Below are positions 27,891 through 36,633 of a DNA stretch of 64,000 nt, one piece after another. A program made the position numbers and the translations under genes. The notes beneath the pieces were generated by a model, which made no database searches, was not told the DNA's origin, and saw only the letters and a program-made list of their open reading frames with translations. The stretch is taken from the NCBI GenBank assembly GCA_965223415.1, contig OZ245002.1, forward strand, positions 2,176,001-2,240,000, given 5' to 3'. This DNA is from Myxococcota bacterium (GTDB lineage Bacteria; Myxococcota_A; UBA9160; UBA6930). Position 1 is the first letter of the stretch. Every line of letters begins with the position of its first letter.

Positions 27891-28630
27891 GACGTCAGGT
27901 TGCCTCCGTTGATGCCGATGGTCTGGCCTGTCACCCAGGCGGCCTCGTCCGAGGCCAGCCAGACGACCGCGGCACCGACGTCCTCCGGGGTGCCCACCCG
28001 GCCGACCGGAACCGTCTTCGCGATCGCCGCCGTCTGCTCCGCACTGCCGCTCGCCATCAGCCCGAGGGCCAGGGTGTTCGCCGTGACGCCGGAGCGTGCG
28101 ACCTCCATGGCCAGGTGGCGCATGAAGGCGATGCCCCCGCCCTTGCCGGCGCCGTAGGCCGTGACGCCGAGCGGAATGCCGGTCTGGCCGGCGCCGGAGG
28201 AGATCGTGATCACCCTCCCGAAGCCGCGCTCGCACATGCCGTCGATCACCGCCTTCGTTCCGTTGAGGACGCCGTAGAGGTTGAGGTCAACGAACCGGGC
28301 CCATTCGGCCGGGTCCATCTCGCGGAACGAGGCGAGCCCCATGCCCGGCGGCACGCCGGCGTTGTTCACGAGGACGTCCACGGGGCCCAGGGCGGCTTCC
28401 ACCCTGGCGACGCCCGTCCGGAACGCCTCGAGATCGGTCACGTCGAAGACGGCGGGCATGGCCTTGCCGCCGTCGGCGGCGATCGCGTCTGCCGTCGTCC
28501 GCGCCCGATCCTCGGCCAAATCGTTCACGGCCACCGCCGCACCCCGGCCCGCCAGCATCCGGGCGATACCAGCACCGACGTTCTGCCCGGCGCCGGTCAC
28601 CAACACCACTCGCCCCGTGAGCTCGAACAC
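27887..28630 (-). CDS. SDR family oxidoreductase (FabG-like)
   Basis: VTGAGQNVG, VNNAG, YGAGK, VTGQTIGINGG. Confidence 0.9.
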   Translation of the reverse strand: MFELTGRVVLVTGAGQNVGAGIARMLAGRGAAVAVNDLAEDRARTTADAIAADGGKAMPAVFDVTDLEAFRTGVARVEAALGPVDVLVNNAGVPPGMGLASFREMDPAEWARFVDLNLYGVLNGTKAVIDGMCERGFGRVITISSGAGQTGIPLGVTAYGAGKGGGIAFMRHLAMEVARSGVTANTLALGLMASGSAEQTAAIAKTVPVGRVGTPEDVGAAVVWLASDEAAWVTGQTIGINGGNLTS

Positions 28631-28632
28631 GC

Positions 28633-29406
28633 CTAGCGTCCCTTGAAGGTCGGTGTGCGCTTCTCGAAGAACGCGGCCATCGCCTCGCGCGTATCCTGGG
28701 AGGAGCCCGTCACGCTCTGGGCCATCGCCTCGACGTGTAGGGCCTCGGAGAGGCTCGAGCCGAAGGCCTGGGTGAGCATCCGCTTGGTCAGCTGCAGGGC
28801 GAGGGGCGGGCCCTCGGCGAGGCGCCCGGCCCAGTCGTCGACGAACGCGTCCAGCTTCTCGTCCGGAACGACCCGGTTGACGATCCCGATGCGCTCCGCT
28901 TCCTCGGCGGACACGATGTCGGCCAGAAGGGCGAGCTCCTTCGCCTTGTGCAGGCCCACGAGGCGGGGGAGGATCCACGAGCCGCCGAGATCGAGGGCGA
29001 GCCCGCGGCGCGCGAAGATTTCGGAGAAGCGCGCGCTCTCGCCGGCCACGATCAGGTCGCAGCCGAGGGCGAGGTTGAGGCCCGCGCCCACCGCGACCCC
29101 GTTCACCTTCGCGATGACCGGCTTCGGGATCTCGTGCAAAGCGAGACCGACCCAGCCGTAGTACTGCATGCGATCGAGCTGGTGCCACTTGGCGTTGCCG
29201 TCGGGGGTGAGATCGGCGCCCCCGCAGAAGGCACCGTCGGCGCCGGTCAGCACCATCACGCGGTCGCTGGCGCTCTCGCCGACCTCGCGAAAGACCTCCG
29301 CCAGCTCTGCCCACATGGGCCCGTTGATTGCGTTCTTCTTCTCGGGCCGGTTGAGGGTGACGGTGACCACCCCGTTGTCCGTTCGCTCGACGAGCAGTGT
29401 CTCCAC
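28633..29406 (-). CDS. Enoyl-CoA hydratase/isomerase
   Basis: TLNRPEKKNA, AFCGGADL, KPVIAKVNGVAVGAG, AFFEKRTPTFKGR; AGGAGG RBS. Confidence 0.92.
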   Translation of the reverse strand: METLLVERTDNGVVTVTLNRPEKKNAINGPMWAELAEVFREVGESASDRVMVLTGADGAFCGGADLTPDGNAKWHQLDRMQYYGWVGLALHEIPKPVIAKVNGVAVGAGLNLALGCDLIVAGESARFSEIFARRGLALDLGGSWILPRLVGLHKAKELALLADIVSAEEAERIGIVNRVVPDEKLDAFVDDWAGRLAEGPPLALQLTKRMLTQAFGSSLSEALHVEAMAQSVTGSSQDTREAMAAFFEKRTPTFKGR

Positions 29407-29456
29407 GGCGTCCTCCTGGGTCCGCCATAATGGCACGGGCGCGGTAGCATCGCCCC

Positions 29457-29888
29457 ATGAACGAATACCCCCGCAACGAGGTCGAGGAGGCCTACCGGCA
29501 CTTCGTGGCCGTCGGTGACAGCCAGGACTGGGACGCCTGGGCCGATCTCCACACCGAGGACGGCGTCTGGGTGGAGCATCACCTGGGCACGATCCGCGGC
29601 CGCGAGGCGATCCGGAAGACGATCGTCGCCGCCATGGCGGCGGCCCCGCCGATGGAGTTCCCCGTGGCCTGGTCGGTGATCGAGGGCAACCGGGTCGTCT
29701 TCTATCCGTGGCAGGTCTTCCCCGATCCCACCGGTGGCGGCGAGCTCTACCGTTTCGGCTGCGTGACGATCCTCGAGTACGCCGGCGACGGCCTCTGGTC
29801 CTTCCAGGAGGACCTCTACAACCCGCGCGAGGCCGAGGAGGTCATGAAGCGCTGGATCGCCGCGGGCGGAAAGCTGCCAGGACGCTAG
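29457..29888 (+). CDS. NTF2/SnoaL-like protein
   Basis: DWDAWADLHTEDGVWVEH...GREAIR...LEYAGDGLWSFQEDLYN. Confidence 0.85.
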   Translation: MNEYPRNEVEEAYRHFVAVGDSQDWDAWADLHTEDGVWVEHHLGTIRGREAIRKTIVAAMAAAPPMEFPVAWSVIEGNRVVFYPWQVFPDPTGGGELYRFGCVTILEYAGDGLWSFQEDLYNPREAEEVMKRWIAAGGKLPGR

Positions 29889-29892
29889 GCGT

Positions 29893-29967
29893 GCAAGAGT
29901 GGGGACGTTCCTTGCATCTTGCGTTCTCGTTGAGAACGCAAGATGCAAGGAACGTCCCCACTCTTGC
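29893..29967. repeat. Perfect palindrome, 36-bp arms, 3-nt loop (GGGGACGTTCCT core; REP/REPIN-like; probable bidirectional terminator)
   Basis: GCAAGAGTGGGGACGTTCCTTGCATCTTGCGTTCTC-GTT-reverse complement, between convergent genes. Confidence 0.92.
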
Positions 29968-29973
29968 GTATTT

Positions 29974-30177
29974 CTACTCGCTGTTGTCGGGCTTGCGGAG
30001 GGCGCCGAGGAATACCGTGCCGAGGGCCAGCAGGATCTCGTCGGCGAAGGGGATGGCGTCCGGGATGAAGAGGTCGAGGGCGAACACGGCGGCCATCAGC
30101 CAGAAGAGATGCGGATGGCGCAGGCGGCGGGCGAAGCGGGCGATCAGGGCGCCGAGGGTGGCTCGTCCGGCGGACAC
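29974..30177 (-). CDS. Small membrane protein (DUF6116-like)
   Basis: RFARRLRHPHLF...LDLFIPDAIPFADEILLALGT. Confidence 0.75.
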   Translation of the reverse strand: MSAGRATLGALIARFARRLRHPHLFWLMAAVFALDLFIPDAIPFADEILLALGTVFLGALRKPDNSE

Positions 30178-30199
30178 GGCCCGAGCATAGCCCTTGTCC

Positions 30200-30676
30200 T
30201 CAGTCGTAGCGGCGGCCCTCGTGACGCAGCCATCCGCCCGGGTGGCGGCCGTCCGGATCGTGATGGGTCCAGTGGATCACGCCGCCTCGCTCGTTCCACT
30301 CGTATTCGCCCTTGAACTGCACGAGGTCGCCGCGGTGGAGCTCCGGGATGCGTGGCGCCAGGTCGATGTTGTGGGCGATGAGCACCGTGTGGCCGGAGTC
30401 GAGGGCGAGGATGAACCGCTGGTGGCGGGAGCCCTTCTCGTCGTCCCGCAGCACCTTCTCGACCCGGCCCTCCCCGGTGACCAGGATGTCGCTGCTGCCG
30501 GCACGGAAGGCCTCGCCGATCATGTCGTAGCCGTCGGCGGGGCGCGCGGTGGCGGCCGGCGCCGCCGCGGGATCGGGCAGTCCTGCGTCCTCTTGTCGGG
30601 GAGGCAGGTCTCTCAGGAAATAGACGCCGACCAGCAGTGCCAGCAGGAACACGCCGCGGAAGTTGCGCAGCTTCAT
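30200..30676 (-). CDS. DUF3465-like exported protein
   Basis: GEGRVEKVLRDDEKGSRHQRFIL...LIAHNIDLAPRI...GEYEWNERGGVIHWTHHDP. Confidence 0.85.
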   Translation of the reverse strand: MKLRNFRGVFLLALLVGVYFLRDLPPRQEDAGLPDPAAAPAATARPADGYDMIGEAFRAGSSDILVTGEGRVEKVLRDDEKGSRHQRFILALDSGHTVLIAHNIDLAPRIPELHRGDLVQFKGEYEWNERGGVIHWTHHDPDGRHPGGWLRHEGRRYD

Positions 30677-30708
30677 CGGCCGCAGGGTAGCAGCGGTAAG
30701 CTCGGGCC

Positions 30709-31377
30709 ATGGAGCAACGCGAGCTCACGATCCACGTCGGCGACCGCTCCGGCGACGTGAGTGCGGTCTTACAGCGGCCCGACGGGGCCCGCGCCCTGTT
30801 CGTCTTCGCCCACGGCGCCGGCGCCGGGATGCGCCATGCCTTCATGGAGGCGATGAGCGGAGCGCTGGTCGAGCGCGGTATCGCGACGCTCCGTTACGCG
30901 TTTCCCTACACCGAAGCCGGGAAGCGCCGCCCGGACCCGCGCCCGGTCCTGCTGGCGACGGTGCGCGCCGCCGTGCGGGAGGCGCGGGAGCTCGCGGGCG
31001 GGCTGCCGCTCCTGGCCGGTGGCAAGTCGATGGGCGGTCGCATGACGTCCCTGGCCGCTTCCGAAGCCCCGCTCGAGGGCGTACGCGGCCTCGCCTTCGT
31101 CGGCTTCCCCTTGCACTCGGCCGGCAAGCCCGGCGACGAGCGTGCGGCCCACCTGGAGCAGGTCGACCTGCCCATGCTCTTCCTCCAGGGCACCCGCGAC
31201 AAGCTCGCCGACCTCACGCTCCTCGAGCCCGTCGTCGCGAAGCTCGGCGCCCGCGCGACCCTCCACCGCGTCGAAGGTGCCGACCACGGCTTCCACGTCC
31301 TGAAGCGCTCCGGCCGCACCGACGAGGAGGTCCTGGCCGAGCTCGCCGAGCAGATGAAGAAGTGGGGCCAGAGTTAA
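30709..31377 (+). CDS. Alpha/beta hydrolase family (KANL3/Tex30-like)
   Basis: [16 protein letters not shown] nucleophile, GFPLH, QGTRD, ADHGF. Confidence 0.9.
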   Translation: MEQRELTIHVGDRSGDVSAVLQRPDGARALFVFAHGAGAGMRHAFMEAMSGALVERGIATLRYAFPYTEAGKRRPDPRPVLLATVRAAVREARELAGGLPLLAGGKSMGGRMTSLAASEAPLEGVRGLAFVGFPLHSAGKPGDERAAHLEQVDLPMLFLQGTRDKLADLTLLEPVVAKLGARATLHRVEGADHGFHVLKRSGRTDEEVLAELAEQMKKWGQS

Positions 31378-31438
31378 GAATTCAGTTACCCCCCGGAGGG
31401 GGGTAACTGAATTCTTAACTCTGGCCCCACTTCTTCAT
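31354..31438. repeat. Perfect palindrome, 41-bp arms, 3-nt loop, overlapping the 3' ends of both convergent genes
   Basis: ATGAAGAAGTGGGGCCAGAGTTAAGAATTCAGTTACCCCCC-GGA-reverse complement. Confidence 0.93.
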
Positions 31439-32266
31439 TTCGGCGGCGACCTGCTCGAGGACGGCGGGGTCGGTGCCGAAGGGCTCGCTCTCGCGGGGCC
31501 AGTGGACGACGAGGTCGGTGAAGCCGGCTTCTTCGTGGCGGCCGGCGGCGTCGCGGAAGGCATCGATGGAATCGAGAGGGCGCTCGCTCAGGCCGAGGAG
31601 CGCGATGCGTTCGAGGCTCGCGAAGTCGCGGCCGACTTCGCGACACACCTCGCGCAGCCGCTCCACCCGGGCGGCGGGGCTGCCCCGGCTGTCGACGGTT
31701 ACCCAGGCCTGGCCGAGGGTCGCGGCCAGGTGCATGGCGCGGGGGCCGTCGGCGGCGACGGCGAAGGGCAGGCGGGGCCGCTGCACGCAGCCCGGGATCG
31801 CCCGGGCCTCGTCGGCAGAGTAGAAGCGCCCCTCGAAGCTCATGGCGGGCTCGCAGAGCAGGCGGTCGAGGAGCGTCACGAACTCCTCGAAGCGGTCGGC
31901 GCGCTCGCGGGGGCTCCAGGCTTCCTGCCCCAACGCCGTGGCGTCGAAGCTCAGGGCGCCTGCGCCGATACCCAGCGTGAAGCGCCCGCCGGACAGGTCG
32001 TCGAGGGTCATCAGCTCCTTGGCGAAGGGTACCGGGTGCCGGAAGTTCGGCGACGCCACCAGCGTTCCGAGGCGGATCTGCGACGTCACACCCGCCGCCG
32101 CCGCCAGCGTTGGCACGGCGCCGAACCAGGCATGATCGCGCAGGCTCCGCCAGGTGAGGTGGTCGTAGGTCCAGGCGTGGTGGAAGCCCAGCCGCTCGGC
32201 GCTCTCCCAACGCTCGCGGGCCTCCGCCCAGCGCGCGTCGGGCAGGATGACGACGCCGATCCTCAT
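31415..32266 (-). CDS. LLM-class flavin-dependent oxidoreductase (luciferase-like)
   Basis: MRIGVVILP...GFHHAWTYDHL...IRLGTLVASPNFRHP...LDDLSGGRFTLGIGAG. Confidence 0.9.
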   Translation of the reverse strand: MRIGVVILPDARWAEARERWESAERLGFHHAWTYDHLTWRSLRDHAWFGAVPTLAAAAGVTSQIRLGTLVASPNFRHPVPFAKELMTLDDLSGGRFTLGIGAGALSFDATALGQEAWSPRERADRFEEFVTLLDRLLCEPAMSFEGRFYSADEARAIPGCVQRPRLPFAVAADGPRAMHLAATLGQAWVTVDSRGSPAARVERLREVCREVGRDFASLERIALLGLSERPLDSIDAFRDAAGRHEEAGFTDLVVHWPRESEPFGTDPAVLEQVAAEMKKWGQS

Positions 32267-32272
32267 GGCGCC

Positions 32273-32279
32273 TACCCTA
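32273..32279. promoter_or_regulatory. Overlapping bidirectional -10 elements serving two divergent leaderless genes
   Basis: TACCCT(+) 6 nt before GTG at 32285 and TAGGGT(-) 7 nt before ATG at 32266, in an 18-bp intergenic gap. Confidence 0.55.
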
Positions 32280-32284
32280 GCCGA

Positions 32285-33118
32285 GTGGAGCAAGAGGAGC
32301 GCGGCCGACGCGCAGTCACCTTCGATCGCGTCGCCGCCCTCTACGACGCGGTTCGGCCCGGCTACCCCGACGCGCTCGTGGAGCACGTTCTTGCGTTCGC
32401 GGGCCTGGGCGCGCCGGGCCGCATCCTGGAGGTGGGATGCGGGCCGGCCAAGGCGACGCTGCCCTTCGCGCGGCGCGGTCATCGCATGCTGTGCCTCGAG
32501 CCCGGCGCGGCCCTGGCGGCGATCGCGCGAGAGCACTTGGCGCCCTACCCCGATGCCGAGGTGCACGAGGCGCGCTTCGAGGACTTCCCGCTTTCCGACG
32601 CGCCCTTCGATCTCGTGATGTCGGCCCAGGCCTGGCACTGGGTGGACCCGGAGGTCGGCGACGCGAAGGCCGCTCGCGCGCTGCGGCCGGGCGGTGCGGT
32701 CGCGCTCTTCTGGAACCGGCCCATCGAGATCGAGAGCCCCCTGCGCTCCGCCCTCGACGACGTGTACCGCGCCCACGCGCCGCACCTGATGCGGACGATC
32801 GCACCGGGCGGCGGCCAGGCGACGACCGGCGAGCCCCTGGACGAGCGCATCGCCCGGGCCGGCGCCTTCGCTCCCGCCGAGATCCACCGCTTCCCGTGGC
32901 AGGAGGTCTACGAGACGCGCCGCTACCTGGAGCTGATGGAGACCCAGTCCAACCACCAGCTCCTGCCCGAGGCCCCGCGCGAGCGCCTGCTGGAAGGGCT
33001 GGGCCGGGCGATCGACGCGGCCGGGGGCCGGATCGCCGTCGACTACGACGCGGTGCTGATCCTCGCCCGGCGCCTGCCGCAACCAGACGCAGCTTCCGCG
33101 CCCGCGGGAGGCGCTTGA
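32285..33118 (+). CDS. Class I SAM-dependent methyltransferase
   Basis: [45 protein letters not shown]. Confidence 0.88.
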   Translation: MEQEERGRRAVTFDRVAALYDAVRPGYPDALVEHVLAFAGLGAPGRILEVGCGPAKATLPFARRGHRMLCLEPGAALAAIAREHLAPYPDAEVHEARFEDFPLSDAPFDLVMSAQAWHWVDPEVGDAKAARALRPGGAVALFWNRPIEIESPLRSALDDVYRAHAPHLMRTIAPGGGQATTGEPLDERIARAGAFAPAEIHRFPWQEVYETRRYLELMETQSNHQLLPEAPRERLLEGLGRAIDAAGGRIAVDYDAVLILARRLPQPDAASAPAGGA

Positions 33119-33314
33119 TCGCGGCTTCCCGCCGGGATGCCTCGGACCGGTCCGCACAGGGCTCCCGGTAGACCATCTCCACCGGCGGGCGCGCCCGGGT
33201 GTAGCGGGAGGCGCGCCCGCTCCGGTGGGCCTCCAGCCGGCGCGTGAGATCGTTGGTGATTCCGGTATACAACGAGCCGTCGCCGCAGCGCAGGATATAG
33301 ACCCACCAGTCCAC
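32316..33314 (-). CDS. Small GIY-YIG nuclease (YazA/YhbQ-like); recognisable domain ~33075-33314, frame stays open to 32316
   Basis: [27 protein letters not shown]...YTRAR...[12 protein letters not shown]. Confidence 0.75.
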   Translation of the reverse strand: MDWWVYILRCGDGSLYTGITNDLTRRLEAHRSGRASRYTRARPPVEMVYREPCADRSEASRREAAIKRLPRARKLRLVAAGAGRGSAPRRSRRRSGPRPRRSPGPALPAGARAGPRAGAGGWTGSPSAPGSGASRRPPATGSGGSRRERRRRPGRCARPGARRSSPGRRPVRSSASGAARGRGTRRRGRSAGGSRSRWAGSRRARPHRPAAARERPSRRRPPGPPSARPGPTSRDRRARRKAGSPRSAPRAPRHRGRAPSALARSPPGPRRARGTACDDRAARRAASPWPARIPPPGCGPARPGPRTQERAPRARRGSRAEPRRRGRRRDRR

Positions 33315-33325
33315 GCGCGCGCAGC

Positions 33326-33943
33326 ATGACACAGCCCCCACGGCCTCGGGAGGGTTCACCCGTCGATACGCTCCGTCGCATCTGCGTGTTCTGCGGATCG
33401 AGCCGCGGCGCCGATCCGGCCTACGCCGAGGCCGCCCGCGTGCTCGGCGAGCTGCTCGTCGCCCGGGATCTCGGCCTCGTCTACGGAGGCGGCTGCGTCG
33501 GTCTGATGGGCATCGTCGCCGATACGGTGCTGGCCGCCGGCGGCGAGGTGATCGGCGTCATCCCCCGCGTCCTGGCCCGGAAGGAAGTCGCCCACGAGGG
33601 CCTGAGCGAGCTGCACGTGGTGGAGACCATGTTCGAGCGCAAGCAGGTGATGATGGACCGGGCCGACGCCTTCGTGAGCCTGCCCGGCGGCGTCGGCACC
33701 CTCGACGAGCTCTTCGAGGTGTGGACGTGGGTGCAGCTCGGACAGCTATCGAAGCCCTCCGGGCTCCTCGACGTGGACGGCTTCTACGACGGCCTGTGGA
33801 GCTTCCTCGACGGCCTGGTCGAGGCCCGCTTCCTGCGCACCGAGCACCGCGCGCTCATGCTGCGCGACGACGACCCGGCGCGGCTCCTCGACCGGCTCGC
33901 GGCCTGGAGCCCGCCCGGCGCCGAGAAGTGGATCGACCGGTGA
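33326..33943 (+). CDS. LOG family protein (TIGR00730 Rossmann fold)
   Basis: [26 protein letters not shown]. Confidence 0.93.
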   Translation: MTQPPRPREGSPVDTLRRICVFCGSSRGADPAYAEAARVLGELLVARDLGLVYGGGCVGLMGIVADTVLAAGGEVIGVIPRVLARKEVAHEGLSELHVVETMFERKQVMMDRADAFVSLPGGVGTLDELFEVWTWVQLGQLSKPSGLLDVDGFYDGLWSFLDGLVEARFLRTEHRALMLRDDDPARLLDRLAAWSPPGAEKWIDR

Positions 33944-34659
33944 GGGAGCGGCCGCCCCGGACACTGCTCCTCGATCTCGACGACACGATCCTGCGCTACG
34001 GCCCCCTCGCCGACGGCGTCTGGGAGGCGGTCACCGCCCGCTTCGCGCCGGAGCTCGGCTTCGAGGCGGCCGTCCTGCTCACGGCCATCCGCGAGGCGGG
34101 CCGTCGCTACTGGTCCGAGCCCGAGCGCAGCCGCCAGGGGCGCCACGACATGCGCGGCGCCCGCCGCAGGATCTGCCTCGACGCGCTGCGCGCCCTCGGC
34201 GCGCCCCGACCGGAGCGGGCGGCCGCCCTGGCCGACGCCTTCCACGACGAGCGCGAAGCGGGCGTCGACCCCATCCCCGGCGCTCTCGACGCCCTCGAGC
34301 ACTTCCGCTCCAGCGGGCTCCCCCTGGCCCTGGTGACCAACGGCGGCCCCGAGCTCCAGCGGCGCAAGATCGAGCGCTTCCGCCTCGCCGGCTTCTTCGA
34401 GACGATCCTGGTGGAGGGAGAGCTGGGCTTCGGCAAGCCGGACGCCCGGGTCTTCCGGATGGCCCTGGCGGCGGTCGGGGCGGAGCCCGGCCAGGCCTGG
34501 ATGGTCGGGGACAACCTGCAGGCGGACATCCACGGCGCCCAGGGGGCGGGGCTCCATGCCTGCTGGGTGGACGCCCCGGGCCGGGGCCTCCCCGCCGGCA
34601 GCGAGGTGCGGCCCACGGCGACGATCCGGGCCCTTGCGGAGCTGATCGAGCAGATCTAG
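33940..34659 (+). CDS. HAD family hydrolase
   Basis: LDLDDT motif [19 protein letters not shown]. Confidence 0.9.
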   Translation: MRERPPRTLLLDLDDTILRYGPLADGVWEAVTARFAPELGFEAAVLLTAIREAGRRYWSEPERSRQGRHDMRGARRRICLDALRALGAPRPERAAALADAFHDEREAGVDPIPGALDALEHFRSSGLPLALVTNGGPELQRRKIERFRLAGFFETILVEGELGFGKPDARVFRMALAAVGAEPGQAWMVGDNLQADIHGAQGAGLHACWVDAPGRGLPAGSEVRPTATIRALAELIEQI

Positions 34660-34665
34660 CTTCCC

Positions 34666-34692
34666 AATCAGAATACGATTCGGATTCTGATT
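34666..34692. promoter_or_regulatory. Putative TetR operator
   Basis: AATCAGAAT-ACGATTCGG-ATTCTGATT: perfect 9-bp arms plus inner CGA/TCG, upstream of tetR. Confidence 0.65.
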
Positions 34693-34739
34693 CTTGTTTC
34701 TGTTCCATCGCGCCTCGCGCACGTCCGAAGGAAGCTCCC

Positions 34740-35399
34740 ATGGCCCGATCCGTCCCCGCGCCGCTCGAGAGCGTGAGCCGCCCCAAGCAGGCGCGCAGCG
34801 AGCGCACCCTGCAGCGAATCCTCGCGGCGGCGGAGGAGCTGATCGAGGAGAAGGGCCTGGCGGACGCGTCGATCCCTGAGATCGTGCGCCGCGCCCGCTC
34901 GTCCGTCGGCGGCTTCTACGCCCGCTTCAAGGACAAGAACGAGCTGCTGCGGGCCCTCGAGGAGCGCTTCTTCCGGGAGATGTCGGTCCTGGTCGACGAG
35001 CTCGCGGACGTCGGGCGTTGGCGACAGGCATCGCTGCCCGCGATCGTGCAGGGACTGGGCGCGGAGCTGGTGCGGATCGCCCGGGAGCGCCGCAACCTGA
35101 TCGCCGCCTTCCTGCACCGGGCCACCAGCGACGAGACCACGCGGGCGGAGGCCCTGCGCTTCCGGGCGAGCGTCTCCGAGCGCATCGGCCGGCTCGTGCT
35201 CGCGCGGCCCGAGCGCCTGGGCCACCCCGATCCGGAGATCGCCGTCGATCTCGGCGTCCAGTTCGCCTTCGCCCTGATGCTCCAGATGGTGCTCGTGGGC
35301 GAGGTGAGGGCCGCTGGCCGCGTGCTCTCCGATCCGGAGCTGGCCGGCGAGATCGCCCGCAACTTCCTTTGTTATGTCGCGCCTCAGGAGTCCTCGTGA
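34740..35399 (+). CDS. TetR/AcrR family regulator
   Basis: PKQARSERTLQRILAAAEELIEEKG...SSVGGFYARFKDK. Confidence 0.92.
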   Translation: MARSVPAPLESVSRPKQARSERTLQRILAAAEELIEEKGLADASIPEIVRRARSSVGGFYARFKDKNELLRALEERFFREMSVLVDELADVGRWRQASLPAIVQGLGAELVRIARERRNLIAAFLHRATSDETTRAEALRFRASVSERIGRLVLARPERLGHPDPEIAVDLGVQFAFALMLQMVLVGEVRAAGRVLSDPELAGEIARNFLCYVAPQESS

Positions 35400-36532
35400 A
35401 GTACCAGCAGCACAACCCCCTTCCGATCCCCTCCACCGGCAAGCATCAGGAGGTGAAGGCCACCGTCTCCACCGTCTTCGACTGGGAGTACGCGCTCCGG
35501 CGGCAGGATCTGCTCGCCCTCTATGAGAAGGGCAAAGCGCTCAACTGGAACGCCAGCGAGCTCGATTGGAGCACCGACGTCAGCATCGAGCGGATGATGG
35601 CGGAGCGCGCGGCCTCCGGCGCCGGCGACGTGATGAACAACGTCATGAACCCGCCGAAGACCATGACCGACGAGGAGATGACCCTGCTCCAGCTCCACAT
35701 GAACGGCTTCCTGCTCTCCCAGTTCCTGCACGGCGAGCAGGGTGCGCTGCTGGCGACGGCGAAGATCGTCCAGACCGTGCCCTCGGAGGAGGCGAAGTTC
35801 TACGCCGCCAGCCAGGTGATGGACGAGGCGCGACACGTCGAGGTGTACCACCGCTACCTCACCGAGAAGCTCGGCCTCTCCTACGAAGTGCACCCGAGCC
35901 TCCAGCAGCTCCTCGACGACATCATCACCGATTCGCGCTGGGACGTGACCTTCCTGGGCATGCAGATCATGGTCGAGGGCCTCGCCCTCGCGGCCTTCGG
36001 GCTGATGCGGATGATGATGAGCGGCGAGCCGCTGATCCAGGACATCACCACCCGGGTCATGCAGGACGAATCCCGCCACGTGGCCTTCGGCGTCATGGCG
36101 TTGGAGAAGATCTACAGCGAGGAGATGAGCGCCGCCGAGCTGCGGGAGCGGGAGGACTTCGTGATCGAGGCCACCCACCTGCTGCGGGAGCGCCTGCTCA
36201 TGCACCAGGTGTTCGAGCGGCTCGGCTGGGACGTGCCCCTGTGGGTCGAATGGGCCAAGGAGATGCCCTTCATGCGGGGCTTCCGGCAGATGACCTTCTC
36301 GAAGATCGTGCCCAACTTGAAGCGGCTGGGGCTTCTCACCCCACGGGTGCGCGAGGCCTACGAGAAGCTTGACCTTCTGCGCTTCGAGCACATGAAGGAC
36401 TCGGTAGCGGAGCCGGAGCCGACGCCGCCGACGGAGCTGGTCCAGATCCTGATGCAATTCCTGGCCGAGGGGCCCCAGGGCCAGCCGGAGGCGCAGCAGG
36501 AGGGTCAGCGGGCGGTTCGCGCCACGGGCTGA
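35396..36532 (+). CDS. Ferritin-like diiron protein (AurF/R2-like superfamily)
   Basis: LSQFLHGEQGAL, DEARHVE, MQIMVEGLAL, QDESRHVAFG; GTG overlapping the tetR stop. Confidence 0.85.
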   Translation: MKYQQHNPLPIPSTGKHQEVKATVSTVFDWEYALRRQDLLALYEKGKALNWNASELDWSTDVSIERMMAERAASGAGDVMNNVMNPPKTMTDEEMTLLQLHMNGFLLSQFLHGEQGALLATAKIVQTVPSEEAKFYAASQVMDEARHVEVYHRYLTEKLGLSYEVHPSLQQLLDDIITDSRWDVTFLGMQIMVEGLALAAFGLMRMMMSGEPLIQDITTRVMQDESRHVAFGVMALEKIYSEEMSAAELREREDFVIEATHLLRERLLMHQVFERLGWDVPLWVEWAKEMPFMRGFRQMTFSKIVPNLKRLGLLTPRVREAYEKLDLLRFEHMKDSVAEPEPTPPTELVQILMQFLAEGPQGQPEAQQEGQRAVRATG

Positions 36533-36633
36533 GCGGACCCCGGAACATCGGGCTAGCCGCGGGCCGAGCCCCACTTGCGCGACCCGGCCCCAGGCCATCA
36601 CACTGGCGCCTTCATCAGGCTCAGGGACGGGGA

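Noticed and set aside
33075..33314. GIY-YIG protein as a homing endonuclease or the mobiliser of the palindromes
   Set aside because: It matches the small housekeeping YazA/YhbQ type; no intron or element boundaries link it to the repeats.
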